Of a DNA stretch of 54,407 bases, positions 35,079 through 44,339 are shown piece by piece (position 1 is the stretch's first letter; each line of letters opens with the position of its first letter). The stretch spans positions 1-54,407 of the forward strand of contig DASRYU010000177.1 of the NCBI GenBank assembly GCA_035687045.1, in the 5' to 3' direction. The position numbers were made by a program, and so were the translations under genes. Source of the DNA: Thermoplasmatota archaeon. Lineage in GTDB: Archaea; Thermoplasmatota; SW-10-69-26; JACQPN01; JAJPHT01. The notes below the pieces were generated by a model. That model searched no databases, was not told the DNA's origin, and saw only the letters and a program-made list of their open reading frames with translations.

Positions 35079-36353
35079 TTGAGGACAGGAGGCGTCGCCT
35101 TCGCCATCGGAGGCCTCCTCTTCGGGAACTGGCCCTTCTTCGGGGCCGGCGCCCTGCTCCTGCTCCTCGTCGCCTCGAGCAGCATCTCCGCTCCCCCTGC
35201 CGTGCGCCGCACGCTCTCCGCGACGCGCATCGAGCGCGGCGGACGCGTGGCGATCACGCTCGAGGTCGATCTCCCGCGCGGCCCCGGTGTCGTCGAGGTC
35301 CACCAGCAGCTCCCCGAGGAGTTCGAGCTCCTCTCGGGGAACAACTTCCACGTCCTCTCCACCGGCCTCTTCCGCAAGCGCAAGGAGGTCCTGCGCTTCG
35401 AGGTCGGCTGCCCCAAGCGCGGCGAGTGGGTCCTCCCGCCCGTGGGCGTGAAGCTTCTCCACCCGATGGGCCTTGCCGAGACGCTCCCCGTGTCGCAGGA
35501 CGAGCCCGTCACGCTCCACGTCGAGCCGCGCCCGCGCCGCGCGAAGCTCCCGCGCGACATCCGCGCGCGCGCCAAGCGGCCCTTCCCCGACGGCGACCTC
35601 GCGCGCCTGGGTGTGGCGACGAACGACTTCCGCGAGCTGCGCGAGTACGTGCCGGGCGACCCGCCGCGCCGCATCAACTGGAAGGCCACCGCGCGCCGCA
35701 CCGGCACCGGCGAGTCGGAGGTCCCGCTCGTCAACGAGACGGAGTGGGAAGGCAAGAAGAGCGTCTACATCCTCGTCGACGGCGCGCCGAAGCTGTCCGT
35801 CGGCACGAACGTCGAGGACGCGCGCGAGCACGCCGCCGACGCTGCGCTCTCGATGATGGAGCTCTACCTCAAGCGCGGCTACCAGGTCGCGCTCGCGCTC
35901 GCGCGCTCGGGCGACATCCCGCCGCTGCGCTTCGGCACGGGCGAGAGCCACATCCTGCACGCCCGCGAGCGCCTCGCGCGCCTCGCGCCCGCCGAGGGTC
36001 CGAGCCTCGTCGACGTGCTCAACCGCGACGCCGCGCTCCTCATGCGCTTCAAGCCGCTCATCCTCATCGTCTCCCGCGTCGCGGGCGAGGACGACGACCT
36101 GCGCGCGGCCATCCGGCGCCTGGGCGCCTTCGGTCACGCCTGGGGCCGCAGCATCGTCCCGGGCCTCGTGCTCGACATCGAGCCGCCGGCCGTCGAGCGC
36201 AGCGATGCGCCGTTCCTCCTCGCGCGCCGCGCGCTGGAGAAGTCGCGCGTCGCGACCATCGCGGCCGCGCGCGCCGTCAACGTCCGCGTCGTCACGTGGC
36301 GCGCGGGCGCCGATCCTCTCGAAAGCGTCGTCATCCGTGGGAAGGTGGTGTGA
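35079..36353 (+). CDS. DUF58 (vWA-like) protein, the usual MoxR partner
   Basis: ORF 35079..36353 with a TTG start. It has N-terminal TM helices and the signature FRELREYVPGDPPRRINWKATAR. Confidence 0.88.
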   Translation: MRTGGVAFAIGGLLFGNWPFFGAGALLLLLVASSSISAPPAVRRTLSATRIERGGRVAITLEVDLPRGPGVVEVHQQLPEEFELLSGNNFHVLSTGLFRKRKEVLRFEVGCPKRGEWVLPPVGVKLLHPMGLAETLPVSQDEPVTLHVEPRPRRAKLPRDIRARAKRPFPDGDLARLGVATNDFRELREYVPGDPPRRINWKATARRTGTGESEVPLVNETEWEGKKSVYILVDGAPKLSVGTNVEDAREHAADAALSMMELYLKRGYQVALALARSGDIPPLRFGTGESHILHARERLARLAPAEGPSLVDVLNRDAALLMRFKPLILIVSRVAGEDDDLRAAIRRLGAFGHAWGRSIVPGLVLDIEPPAVERSDAPFLLARRALEKSRVATIAAARAVNVRVVTWRAGADPLESVVIRGKVV

Positions 36354-37118
36354 GTGAAGGCCCGACCGTGGTCCGCGTACGCGCTGCGCCTCCTGTGCAG
36401 CGTGCTCATGTTCCTGAGCGGGTACGCCCTCCTCGCGGGCAGCACCTTCGCGCTCCGCCTGCGCGGCGACGTGCCCGTCCAGCTCATCGTCCTCGCGATG
36501 GCGGGCGTGTTCTCGTTCCTGCCGCTCCTCTTCGGGCGACGCTACCTCGGCATGCTCCTCGTCTCGGGGTTCATCCTCTCGGGCATCGGCGCGTACTGGT
36601 GGTCGACGATCCCCTGGGACGAGTTCATCAAGGAGTCGAACTTCACGACCGAGCAGAAGCCTGGCCTTCTCGACTACGCGCTCGTCGCGAGCCCCGCCAT
36701 CATCGCCGCCTTCTACGCGGCGGTGTCCCGCGCGAGCATCCTCCGCGCCGACCTGAAGAACCGCGGCGCCGACGCGGACGAGATCTCCCGCGCCGCCTCC
36801 GTGAGCTTCCTCTCCGGCGCGGCGCTCCTCGTCTTCTGCGGCGGCCTCGCGGTGGCGCTGTGGGCGCTCATGGCGACGGGCATCGTGTTCCAGGCGGTGG
36901 CGCCCATCCCGACCGGCGTGCCCGCGCTCATCCTCGTCGCGGCCCTCGTCGCCGTCTCGTGGGCGATCTTCACGCGCCGGCTCCCCCGATTTCCCGGCCG
37001 CAAAGCGCGCGAACGGGTCGCCTCGCCCGCCGCGGCGCCCGCTCCTGGCGCGCCGGCGCGACGGGGGCTGATGGCGAAGGTGCGCGCGCTCACCGTGCGC
37101 GGCAGCGTCCTGCGCTAG
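36354..37118 (+). CDS. Polytopic membrane protein (hypothetical), last gene of the MoxR operon
   Basis: ORF 36354..37118. The GTG start follows the DUF58 stop codon directly. About 6 TM helices are predicted. Confidence 0.6.
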   Translation: MKARPWSAYALRLLCSVLMFLSGYALLAGSTFALRLRGDVPVQLIVLAMAGVFSFLPLLFGRRYLGMLLVSGFILSGIGAYWWSTIPWDEFIKESNFTTEQKPGLLDYALVASPAIIAAFYAAVSRASILRADLKNRGADADEISRAASVSFLSGAALLVFCGGLAVALWALMATGIVFQAVAPIPTGVPALILVAALVAVSWAIFTRRLPRFPGRKARERVASPAAAPAPGAPARRGLMAKVRALTVRGSVLR

Positions 37119-37666
37119 CGCGACGGCGCCGCGTGCGCGTCCTGCCAGCGGCTGCGGCTCTCGCACGGAGCGGAGCCCACGCAGGCGTGGAGCGCGCCGC
37201 AGTGCTGCGGGAACGCCAGGAGCGAGCCGTCGGGCGCGATGGCGCTCACCTGCCACGCCGGCTCGCCGACGCTCCAGCCGCTCGCGGCGGCGAACCCGTC
37301 GATGCGCTCGCGCACGAGGGGCGTGAGGCGCGCGAGAAGCGCGTCCACCCACTCGTCGTACGTCCGCGCCGCGCAGACGTCGGCGCCGTCGAAGCGGAAG
37401 CCGACGCTCAGGCTCGTCGCCTCGCCCGCGTCGTTCGTCGCGCCCACGAAGACGGTGTGCCCGTCGCGCGGCTCGCTGAGGAGGCCGCTCGGGCCCGAGT
37501 GGGCGATGTCGTAGCCAAGCGTCGAGAGCGCGGCGAGCGCGTGCGCCCGCTCCCAGGGCGCGTGCACGTCGACGAGGGCCGTCGCGAAGACGATGGCCTC
37601 CGGCCGCTCCGGGGGCGAGGCGCAGCCTGCGAGGGCGAGCGCGAGCGCGACGGCGAGGAGGCGCAC
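37115..37666 (-). CDS. Lipobox lipoprotein (hypothetical)
   Basis: ORF 37115..37666. The N-terminus is MRLLAVALALALAGC. Four further Cys residues are present. Confidence 0.6.
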   Translation of the reverse strand: MRLLAVALALALAGCASPPERPEAIVFATALVDVHAPWERAHALAALSTLGYDIAHSGPSGLLSEPRDGHTVFVGATNDAGEATSLSVGFRFDGADVCAARTYDEWVDALLARLTPLVRERIDGFAAASGWSVGEPAWQVSAIAPDGSLLAFPQHCGALHACVGSAPCESRSRWQDAHAAPSR

Positions 37667-37703
37667 GCTCTCGGTCGCGTCGCCGCGGCTTCTTGAACCT
37701 GCC

Positions 37704-39380
37704 TCAAACGCCCATGGTGAGGCGGAGCACGTCGCGCAGGCCCGGCGCGAAGCCGAGCACGAAGATGGCCATCTTGACGAGGCCCACCATGTTGCGCGAG
37801 TCCAGCGTGTCGACGTCGCTCGCGCGCGTCTCGCGGTCCAGCATCCACGCGACGACGATGACCATGATGAGCTTGATGAACGGGAACATGAAGCCGTTCC
37901 AGTAGCGCAGGAGGAACTCGCTGAACGGATGCTTCTCGCTGTATTGCGGGATGCCGAACCCGACCGGGTCGTTGAGCGCGACCCACGTCGCGAGGCCGTC
38001 GATCATGTGCGCGAACACGAGCGCGACGTTGATGCCCAGCGTGAACACGAGGAAGGCCTGCGGGAACTTGCCAAGCTCGCGGCCCACGTGCGCGAACACG
38101 TAGGCGAGGAGGAGCGCGAGCCCTCCCAGCGTGAGCGCGGGGATGAGGAGCTCGCGGTTGGGCACGTCCTGCACGACGGGCGCCAGCGCGGGGAGGATGC
38201 CGGCGAGCACGAGCCCGAGCGCGAACGCGATGAGGCCGTACTTCCCGAGCGCCTTCTGCGTCCGCTCGCCGATGCGGCCGCCCGCGCGCGCCCACGCGCC
38301 AGGAAGGGCGCTCCGGTCAAGGATGCGCCCGAGCGCGTACACGGCGGCGGCCACGAGGGCGGCCATCGTGATGATGAAGACGCCGGCGAGGTAGAACATG
38401 CGGCCGTTCCAGGCGGCCGGCGACCAGACGTCGCCTGCGAGCCACTTGCCGATGAGGTAGATGCAGCCAAGCGCGTACGGGAGGCCGAGCGTGAACGTGG
38501 TGAGGTTGACGCTCGCGAGCCCCTGCCGCGCGCGCCAGTGGAAGAGCGCCGCGGCGCCGACGGCCGAGAGCGCCACGAACCAGAGCGGAGGGAGCGCCGA
38601 GAACCCGCGCGCGTAGGTGAAGCCGACGATGGCGTAGGCGGCGACGCCCATGCCCAGGAGGCTCGCGATGATGCCGGTGAGGATGCGCGGGTCCTTGTGC
38701 CGGTTCTCGCGGATGTGGACGCCCAGAAGAAGCGCCGGGATGACGTAGAGCGCGATGTGGATGTAGATGACCGGGCTGATGAACAGGTACGCGAAGACGC
38801 CGGGGTCGCAGTCCGTTCCTGGCTTGCAGAAGACGTTCGCGTCCTCGAGGGCGCGCGCGAGCGGGCCGAGGAGGATCCACGGCAGGAGGCCGAGGACGAA
38901 CCAGCCGTCCGCGACGATGCGGAAGCGGCGGAAGAGGCCGACGTAGATGCCGTAGAGAAGGGTGGCGAGGACGAGCCCGTAGGTGAGCTCGCTTGTGACG
39001 GTGTACCCGTCCTTCACCACCACGTTCGACGGCCCTTCGAGGCCGGGGCAGGTGGCGGCCGTGCGGCATTGTCGGGCGTCCACGACGAGCGGGCCGTAGA
39101 TGTCCTCCCACCAGAAGCGGTCGTAGAACGTCTCGGGCGCGACCTGGATGCCCACGGCGACGACCGCGCCGGCGAGGGCGAGGGCGCCCAGCGCGTACCA
39201 GAGGGCGTGGTGCTCCACGTGCGCGCGCCACGCGGGGACGGGCGCGGCGGCGGAAGGAGGCGGCGACGCCGGGTCCGCGGCGGCCGGGGGCGCGGCGTCC
39301 GTCGTTCCGCCTTCGCGTGCGCCCTCGTCGGCCGGGTTCATGAGCAACGCCGGCAGGTCGGGATGCCGCCTAAAGGTCAC
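37704..39380 (-). CDS. Large polytopic membrane protein with a DUF63-like C-terminal half
   Basis: ORF 37704..39380 (GTG start; an alternative ATG lies at 39341). More than 10 TM helices are predicted. The C-terminal AHMIDGLATWVAL..QYSEKHPFSEFLL resembles archaeal DUF63. Confidence 0.7.
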   Translation of the reverse strand: MTFRRHPDLPALLMNPADEGAREGGTTDAAPPAAADPASPPPSAAAPVPAWRAHVEHHALWYALGALALAGAVVAVGIQVAPETFYDRFWWEDIYGPLVVDARQCRTAATCPGLEGPSNVVVKDGYTVTSELTYGLVLATLLYGIYVGLFRRFRIVADGWFVLGLLPWILLGPLARALEDANVFCKPGTDCDPGVFAYLFISPVIYIHIALYVIPALLLGVHIRENRHKDPRILTGIIASLLGMGVAAYAIVGFTYARGFSALPPLWFVALSAVGAAALFHWRARQGLASVNLTTFTLGLPYALGCIYLIGKWLAGDVWSPAAWNGRMFYLAGVFIITMAALVAAAVYALGRILDRSALPGAWARAGGRIGERTQKALGKYGLIAFALGLVLAGILPALAPVVQDVPNRELLIPALTLGGLALLLAYVFAHVGRELGKFPQAFLVFTLGINVALVFAHMIDGLATWVALNDPVGFGIPQYSEKHPFSEFLLRYWNGFMFPFIKLIMVIVVAWMLDRETRASDVDTLDSRNMVGLVKMAIFVLGFAPGLRDVLRLTMGV

Positions 39381-39428
39381 GGTCCCAGCCGCTTAAGTAC
39401 CGGGGCGCGGGATACTCGCACGTCAGGT

Positions 39429-40490
39429 ATGGAGGACTTCACGAAGTCCAAGACCATGGTCTTCCCGCGCGACGTGCGCGTGGGCCACGGCGTCCTCGAG
39501 GAGCTCGGGGACGTGCTCGATCAGCTCGACGTGGGGGAGCGCGTGCTGCTCGTCACCGGCGGGCACACCCGCAAGCTCGCCGGCGAGCGCGCAGCCGAGG
39601 TCGTGCGCAAGGCCGGCTACGAGCCCACGCTCGTCGAGATCGGCGGCGCGACGCTGCACGACGTCGCCATCGTCGAGCTCGAGGGCCGCCGCGTGAAGCC
39701 GTCCGCGCTCATGGGTGTGGGCGGCGGAAGCATCATCGACGTCGCGAAGCTCGCGGCGTACCGCCTCAAGGTCCCCTTCGTGAGCGTCCCGACGAACGCC
39801 GCGCACGACGGCATCACGAGCCCGCGCGCCTCGATCAAGGAGGACAAGGGGAACGCCTCGAAGGAGGCGAACACGCCGTGGGCCATCGTCGCCGACACCG
39901 GCGTCATCGCGCAGGCGCCGTACCGCATGCTCGCGGCGGGCTGCGCCGACGCCATCTCCAACTCCACCGCCGTCCTCGACTGGCGGCTCGCGCACCGCCT
40001 GCGCGGCGAGGAGTACAGCAGCTTCGCCGCGACGCTCGCCGAGAGCGCCGCGGACCTCGTCATGAAGAGCGCCGGCCTCATCCGCCCCGGCCTCGAGGAG
40101 AGCTCGTGGATCGTCGTGAAGTCGCTCATCGTCTCCGGCGTCTCCATGTCCGTCGCCGGCTCGTCGCGCCCGGCCTCCGGCAGCGAGCACATGTTCTCGC
40201 ACACGCTCGACCAGCTGGCACCTGGCGTCGCCTACCACGGCGAGCAGGTCGGCATCGGCTCCATCATGATGATGTACCTCCACGGGGGGGACTGGCGCGG
40301 CATCCGCGACGCGCTCTCGCAGGTCGGCGCGCCCACCACCGCCAAGGCCGTCGGCCTCTCGCGCGAGCTTGTCGTGGAGGCGCTCGTGCGCGCGCACCTC
40401 AACAAGCCCGACCGCTACACCATCCTCGGCGACAAGGGGCTCAGCCGCGAGGCCGCCGAGGAGCTCGTCCGCGTGACCGGGGTGGCGTGA
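39429..40490 (+). CDS. egsA: sn-Glycerol-1-phosphate dehydrogenase (archaeal lipid backbone enzyme)
   Basis: This is the 3' part of ORF 37593..40490, starting at ATG 39429. Motifs are GVGGGSIIDVAK, VPTNAAHDGITSP, GSEHMFSH and HGEQVGIG. Confidence 0.9.
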   Translation: MEDFTKSKTMVFPRDVRVGHGVLEELGDVLDQLDVGERVLLVTGGHTRKLAGERAAEVVRKAGYEPTLVEIGGATLHDVAIVELEGRRVKPSALMGVGGGSIIDVAKLAAYRLKVPFVSVPTNAAHDGITSPRASIKEDKGNASKEANTPWAIVADTGVIAQAPYRMLAAGCADAISNSTAVLDWRLAHRLRGEEYSSFAATLAESAADLVMKSAGLIRPGLEESSWIVVKSLIVSGVSMSVAGSSRPASGSEHMFSHTLDQLAPGVAYHGEQVGIGSIMMMYLHGGDWRGIRDALSQVGAPTTAKAVGLSRELVVEALVRAHLNKPDRYTILGDKGLSREAAEELVRVTGVA

Positions 40491-40493
40491 GCG

Positions 40494-40934
40494 ATGACGC
40501 TCACGGTGGTCGGCGAGAAGCTCGCGAAGCCGGGCACCGTCTTCACCTACAAGGGGGAGACCGACCCCGGCTGCGCCTCGTGCAAGCTCCACAAGGTGTG
40601 CCACCCGCCGGCGCTCAAGAAGGAGCGCGACTACCTCATCACGAACGTGCGCCCCGTCCAGCACGACGTCTGCCACGTGCACGAGGGGAAGGTGCAGGTC
40701 GTCGAGGTGGAGCCGCGCCCGCTCCCGGTGCGCGTCGCCATCCCCGCGAGCGCCGTCCGCGGCACCGGCGTCTCGCGCCACTTCGTCGAGTGCGGCGCGA
40801 GCTGCCTTCTCAAGCGCCACTGCGACCCCGCCGCGCTGCCTGAGGGCGTCACGGCGCCCATCGAGAAGGTCGAGGGGGACGTGCCCTGCCTCGTGGGGCG
40901 CAAGCTCAAGTTCGCGCTCGTGCGCCCGCCGTGA
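40494..40934 (+). CDS. UPF0179 family protein (archaeal, Cys-rich)
   Basis: ORF 40494..40934, starting 3 nt after egsA. MTLTVVGEKLAKPG.F.Y.G, C..C..(x)C, a second Cys cluster and the ~146-aa length match UPF0179. Confidence 0.75.
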   Translation: MTLTVVGEKLAKPGTVFTYKGETDPGCASCKLHKVCHPPALKKERDYLITNVRPVQHDVCHVHEGKVQVVEVEPRPLPVRVAIPASAVRGTGVSRHFVECGASCLLKRHCDPAALPEGVTAPIEKVEGDVPCLVGRKLKFALVRPP

Positions 40935-40977
40935 GCCGCGAGGCAGGGTTCAAGGCGTCCCGCGCCGCTGGCCGCGC

Positions 40978-41943
40978 GTGCACCGCCTGTCGGCGCTCGC
41001 GCTCGCGCTCGCGCTCCCGATGCTCGCAGGCTGCCTCTCCCTCGGCGCCGACGACCCCCGCGCGGAGGCGGCCTTCGCGGAGGGGGAGCGCGTCTCCTAC
41101 TTCCACAGCGCGATGACGCTCGCCGCGCGCCCGGAGGAGAACGCCTCCGCCGTCCGCACGGGCGCCTTCTTCCAGCGGTGGGCCGCCGGGGACGACTACC
41201 CCACGTTCGTCGCCGACCCGCTCGGGAGCGACGCGCTCGTCACCGCCGCCACCGTCACGCTCTTTCTCGAGGCGACCGGTCCCGTCGTCGAGAGCGGCCG
41301 CTTCCCCGACATCATGGTCTACGGCGGGAGCGGCGACGCGTGGATGGGCTTCGGCGACCGACGCGACGTCACCGCGCTCCGCCCCGGCCAGGTCGTCGAG
41401 CTCGAGGTGGAGCTCGAGTTCCCCGCCGGAGGGCTCTGGGTGCCGGCCGCCGAAGGCTTCGGGCTCAAGGTCGTCCCCGTGATGATGCAGCAGGACGAGA
41501 GCGCCGACATCCGCATCCTTCTTGGAGGCGAGCGCGCGAGCCAGGTCCGCTGGACGGTGCAGGCGCTCCGGCTTCCTTCGTCCACCCCCGTCGTGGGCTC
41601 AGGGCAGGGCGAGGTCGTCGGCACCATCTACGCCGGCCCCGCCGCGCCGCCCACGACCAGCGCGCGCGTCGCGCTCGACGTCCCGGAGGGGAGCGCCTAC
41701 GTCGTCGCCTGGATGAACACCAGCGAGAGCGTGGGCATCCCCGACCTCGACCTCGCCATCGTCGGCCCCGACGGCGAGACGATCGCGACCTCCGGCACGC
41801 CCACCCCGCGCGAGGCCGTGCGCATCGCCGCGCCCAACCTCCGCGGCGGCGGCGAGTACTCGCTCGTCGTCACGACCGCCGGCGCGCCCCGCGCCTCCTT
41901 CCGCGTCGAGTGGGTCGTCGGCGCGCCGCCGCTCGGGACCTAA
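40978..41943 (+). CDS. Lipobox lipoprotein (hypothetical beta-rich exported protein)
   Basis: ORF 40978..41943 with a GTG start. The N-terminus is HRLSALALALALPMLAGC. Confidence 0.65.
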   Translation: MHRLSALALALALPMLAGCLSLGADDPRAEAAFAEGERVSYFHSAMTLAARPEENASAVRTGAFFQRWAAGDDYPTFVADPLGSDALVTAATVTLFLEATGPVVESGRFPDIMVYGGSGDAWMGFGDRRDVTALRPGQVVELEVELEFPAGGLWVPAAEGFGLKVVPVMMQQDESADIRILLGGERASQVRWTVQALRLPSSTPVVGSGQGEVVGTIYAGPAAPPTTSARVALDVPEGSAYVVAWMNTSESVGIPDLDLAIVGPDGETIATSGTPTPREAVRIAAPNLRGGGEYSLVVTTAGAPRASFRVEWVVGAPPLGT

Positions 41944-42368
41944 CGGCGCAGCCGGAGCGCGCAGAGCGAGATCGCCAGCAGCGCCGCCGCCGCCCAGCCG
42001 GAAGCGCCCGCGAGGGCCGCGCCCAGCACGGAGGGGTCAAGGAACGCCAGCCGCGCCTGCGCGAGCGCCTTCGCCGACGCGAGCGCCGCGGCGACAAGAA
42101 GCGCCCACGCGAAGGCGCGCCGCACGCCCAACGCGGCGAGCGCCACGAGCGCGCCCGCGAGCGAGAGGTCGAACAGCAGCATCCGCGCCTGCGCGGTGAA
42201 GACCGCCACGAGCAGGAGAACGAGCGCGCCCGCGAGCGCCGCCAGCGCCAGCGCCCGCGCCGTCCGGAGCGACACGCGCCGCGACGCCAGGAGCGACGGC
42301 CCCAGCACCCCTGCGAACGCGAGCGCCCCCGGCGCCCACAGCTCCCACGCCGCCCACGTCGAGACCAT
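41940..42368 (-). CDS. Hydrophobic membrane protein (hypothetical)
   Basis: ORF 41940..42437, trimmed to ATG 42368 (MVSTWAAWELW..). It has 4-5 Ala/Leu-rich TM segments. It is low-complexity, so the call is tentative. Confidence 0.45.
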   Translation of the reverse strand: MVSTWAAWELWAPGALAFAGVLGPSLLASRRVSLRTARALALAALAGALVLLLVAVFTAQARMLLFDLSLAGALVALAALGVRRAFAWALLVAAALASAKALAQARLAFLDPSVLGAALAGASGWAAAALLAISLCALRLRR

Positions 42369-42451
42369 CGGCCACCGCGAGCGCGCGGCGCGGGATGTAG
42401 CTTCGCCCGGCCGCAAGAAGGCTTGATGAGCCGCCACGCCTCCCGCACCAG

Positions 42452-42862
42452 GTGGCCGTCCCCGCCCTCGAGTCGGAGCTCGCGGAGCCCGTCGGGCGCT
42501 ACTTCGCCGCCCAAGGCTACGACCCCCACTATGAGGTCCACTTCAACGGCCGCATCGCCGACGTCATCGCCCTCAAGGACGACGAGGTCGTCGCCGTCGA
42601 GCTGAAGCTCCGCGACTACCGGACCGCGCACCGCCAAGCCATGGCCTACCAGGTCGGCTGCCAACGCAGCTACATCGGCGTCCCCCTCGAGACCGCCCTC
42701 CTCGCGCTGCGCCGCGACCGCCACGCCTTCGGCGAGAGCGGCACCGGCATCCTCGCCATCGACGGCGCGAGCGTCCGCGAGCTCCTCCCCGCGCGGCTGC
42801 ACGCGAACCGGCACCTGCCGTTCCTCGCGGATGCGCTGCGCGCGCTGCGGGGCGAACGATAG
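42452..42862 (+). CDS. PD-(D/E)XK nuclease-fold protein (Hjc-like size), hypothetical
   Basis: ORF 42452..42862 with a GTG start. IADVIALKDDEVVAVELKL fits the D..(n)..E-x-K core motif, and an upstream acidic residue lies in ALESELAEPVGRYF. Confidence 0.5.
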   Translation: MAVPALESELAEPVGRYFAAQGYDPHYEVHFNGRIADVIALKDDEVVAVELKLRDYRTAHRQAMAYQVGCQRSYIGVPLETALLALRRDRHAFGESGTGILAIDGASVRELLPARLHANRHLPFLADALRALRGER

Positions 42863-42952
42863 GGCGCAGGTTCGAGATTTCGAACATGCGAAAGCTCGTT
42901 CGTTCGCGCGTTCGAGCGAGCGTACGTTCGAGCGTGCGCGCGTCCGAGCGTC
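42863..42952. repeat. Lower-GC element with a TTTCG-N6-CGAAA inverted repeat and tandem GTTCGAGCG units (copy A)
   Basis: The sequence is ggttcgagATTTCGaacatgCGAAAgctcgttcgttcgcgcGTTCGAGCGagcgtacGTTCGAGCGtgcgcgcgTCCGAGCG. A related element lies at 53750-53848. Confidence 0.5.
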
Positions 42953-43549
42953 TCACTGGCTCGCGCGCTTCTCGAGCACGCGCATCACGTCCGCCCACGC
43001 GACGTCCTCCGCCCGCAGGATGACGAGCAGGTGGTAGAGGACGTCCGCGGCCTCTTCGGCGAGCTTCTCGCGGTCGTGGTCCTTCGCCGCCATGAGGACC
43101 TCGCCGGCCTCCTCGGGGAGCTTCTTGAGGCGGTGGTTCTCGCTGCGGAAGAGCTTCGCGGTGTAGCTTCCTTCGGGCGCGTCGGCGCGTCGCGCGTCGA
43201 TGATGCGCAGGAGGTCCTCGAGGACGACGCCGCGCTCGCCGTGGAGGGGCTCGTGGAAGCAGGTCGCGGCGCCCGTGTGGCAGGCGGGGCCGGCGCGGCG
43301 GACCTTCGCGAGGATGGCGTCGCCGTCGCAGTCGAGGGTGAGGGAGACGAGCTCCTGCACGTGGCCGCTCTCCTCGCCCTTCTTCCAGAGCTTGCCGCGG
43401 GAGCGCGACCAGTAGTGCATGAAGCCGGTCTCGCGCGTCTTGGCGAGCGCCTCGGCGTTCATGTAGGCGAGGGTGAGCACCTCGCCCGTGCGCGCGTCCT
43501 GCGTGACGCAGGGGAGGAGGCCGTCGCCTTTGGAGAAGTCGGGCATCAT
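42953..43549 (-). CDS. hisIE: Bifunctional phosphoribosyl-AMP cyclohydrolase / phosphoribosyl-ATP pyrophosphatase
   Basis: ORF 42953..44314, trimmed to the ATGATG at 43549/43546. The HisI part has [14 protein letters not shown] and C..D..C. The HisE part has SYTAKLF and [15 protein letters not shown]. Confidence 0.9.
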   Translation of the reverse strand: MMPDFSKGDGLLPCVTQDARTGEVLTLAYMNAEALAKTRETGFMHYWSRSRGKLWKKGEESGHVQELVSLTLDCDGDAILAKVRRAGPACHTGAATCFHEPLHGERGVVLEDLLRIIDARRADAPEGSYTAKLFRSENHRLKKLPEEAGEVLMAAKDHDREKLAEEAADVLYHLLVILRAEDVAWADVMRVLEKRASQ

Positions 43550-44337
43550 AGGCCCGCCTCGCGGAGCTTGCGCGCGGTGTCGCCTGGCCGGACGGGGATG
43601 GCGCGCTCGAGGAGGTAGCGGCGGACCTGCTCGACGGTGAGCGTGCGCTCGTGGAAGAGCGTGGCGGCGAGCGCGGCGTCGGCGCCGCCGGTCGTCAGTG
43701 CCTCGGCGAAGTGCTCCAGCGAGCCGGCGCCTCCGGACGCGATGACCGGGATGCCGGCGGCCTCGGCGACGGCGCGCGTGAGCTCGAGGTCGTAGCCGTC
43801 GCGCGTGCCGTCGCGGTCCATGCTCGTGAGAAGGATCTCGCCGGCGCCCAGCTGCCCGACGTGGCGCGCCCACGCGAGCGCGTCGCGGCCGGTTCCGCGC
43901 GTGCCGCCGTGCGTGCGCACCTCCCAGCCGTCGCCGCTGCGCTTCGCGTCGATGGCGACGACGACGCATTGGGCGCCGAAGCGCTCGCGCGCCTCGGTGA
44001 TGAGGTCGTCGCGCTGGACGGCGGCGGTGTTCATGCTGACCTTGTCGGCGCCCGCGCTCAGCGCGGCCTGCACGTCCTCGACGGTGCGGATGCCGCCGCC
44101 CACGGTGAGCGGGATGAAGAGCTGCTCCGCCGTCCGCCGCACGACCTCGAGCGTCGTGCGCCGCTCTTCGCTCGTGGCGCTGATGTCGAGGAAGACGATC
44201 TCGTCCGCGCCCTCGTCGTAGTAGCGCGCCGCGAGCTCGGCGGGGTCGCCCATGTCGCGGAGGTTCTCGAACTTCACGCCCTTCACGACGCGCCCGCCCT
44301 TCACGTCGAGGCACGGGATGATGCGCTTCTTGAGCAT
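43546..44337 (-). CDS. hisF: Imidazole glycerol phosphate synthase cyclase subunit
   Basis: ATG 44337 gives [20 protein letters not shown]. The motifs PLTVGGGIR and SGGAG are also present. Its stop codon overlaps the hisIE start. Confidence 0.92.
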   Translation of the reverse strand: MLKKRIIPCLDVKGGRVVKGVKFENLRDMGDPAELAARYYDEGADEIVFLDISATSEERRTTLEVVRRTAEQLFIPLTVGGGIRTVEDVQAALSAGADKVSMNTAAVQRDDLITEARERFGAQCVVVAIDAKRSGDGWEVRTHGGTRGTGRDALAWARHVGQLGAGEILLTSMDRDGTRDGYDLELTRAVAEAAGIPVIASGGAGSLEHFAEALTTGGADAALAATLFHERTLTVEQVRRYLLERAIPVRPGDTARKLREAGL

Positions 44338-44339
44338 GC

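Noticed and set aside
42831-43037. A 68-aa ORF (MRCARCGANDRAQVRDFEHAKARSF..) covering repeat element A.
   Set aside because: It starts inside the preceding CDS, runs through a repeat-built non-coding element and ends inside hisIE on the opposite strand. Its peptide periodicity just mirrors the GTTCGAGCG repeats.
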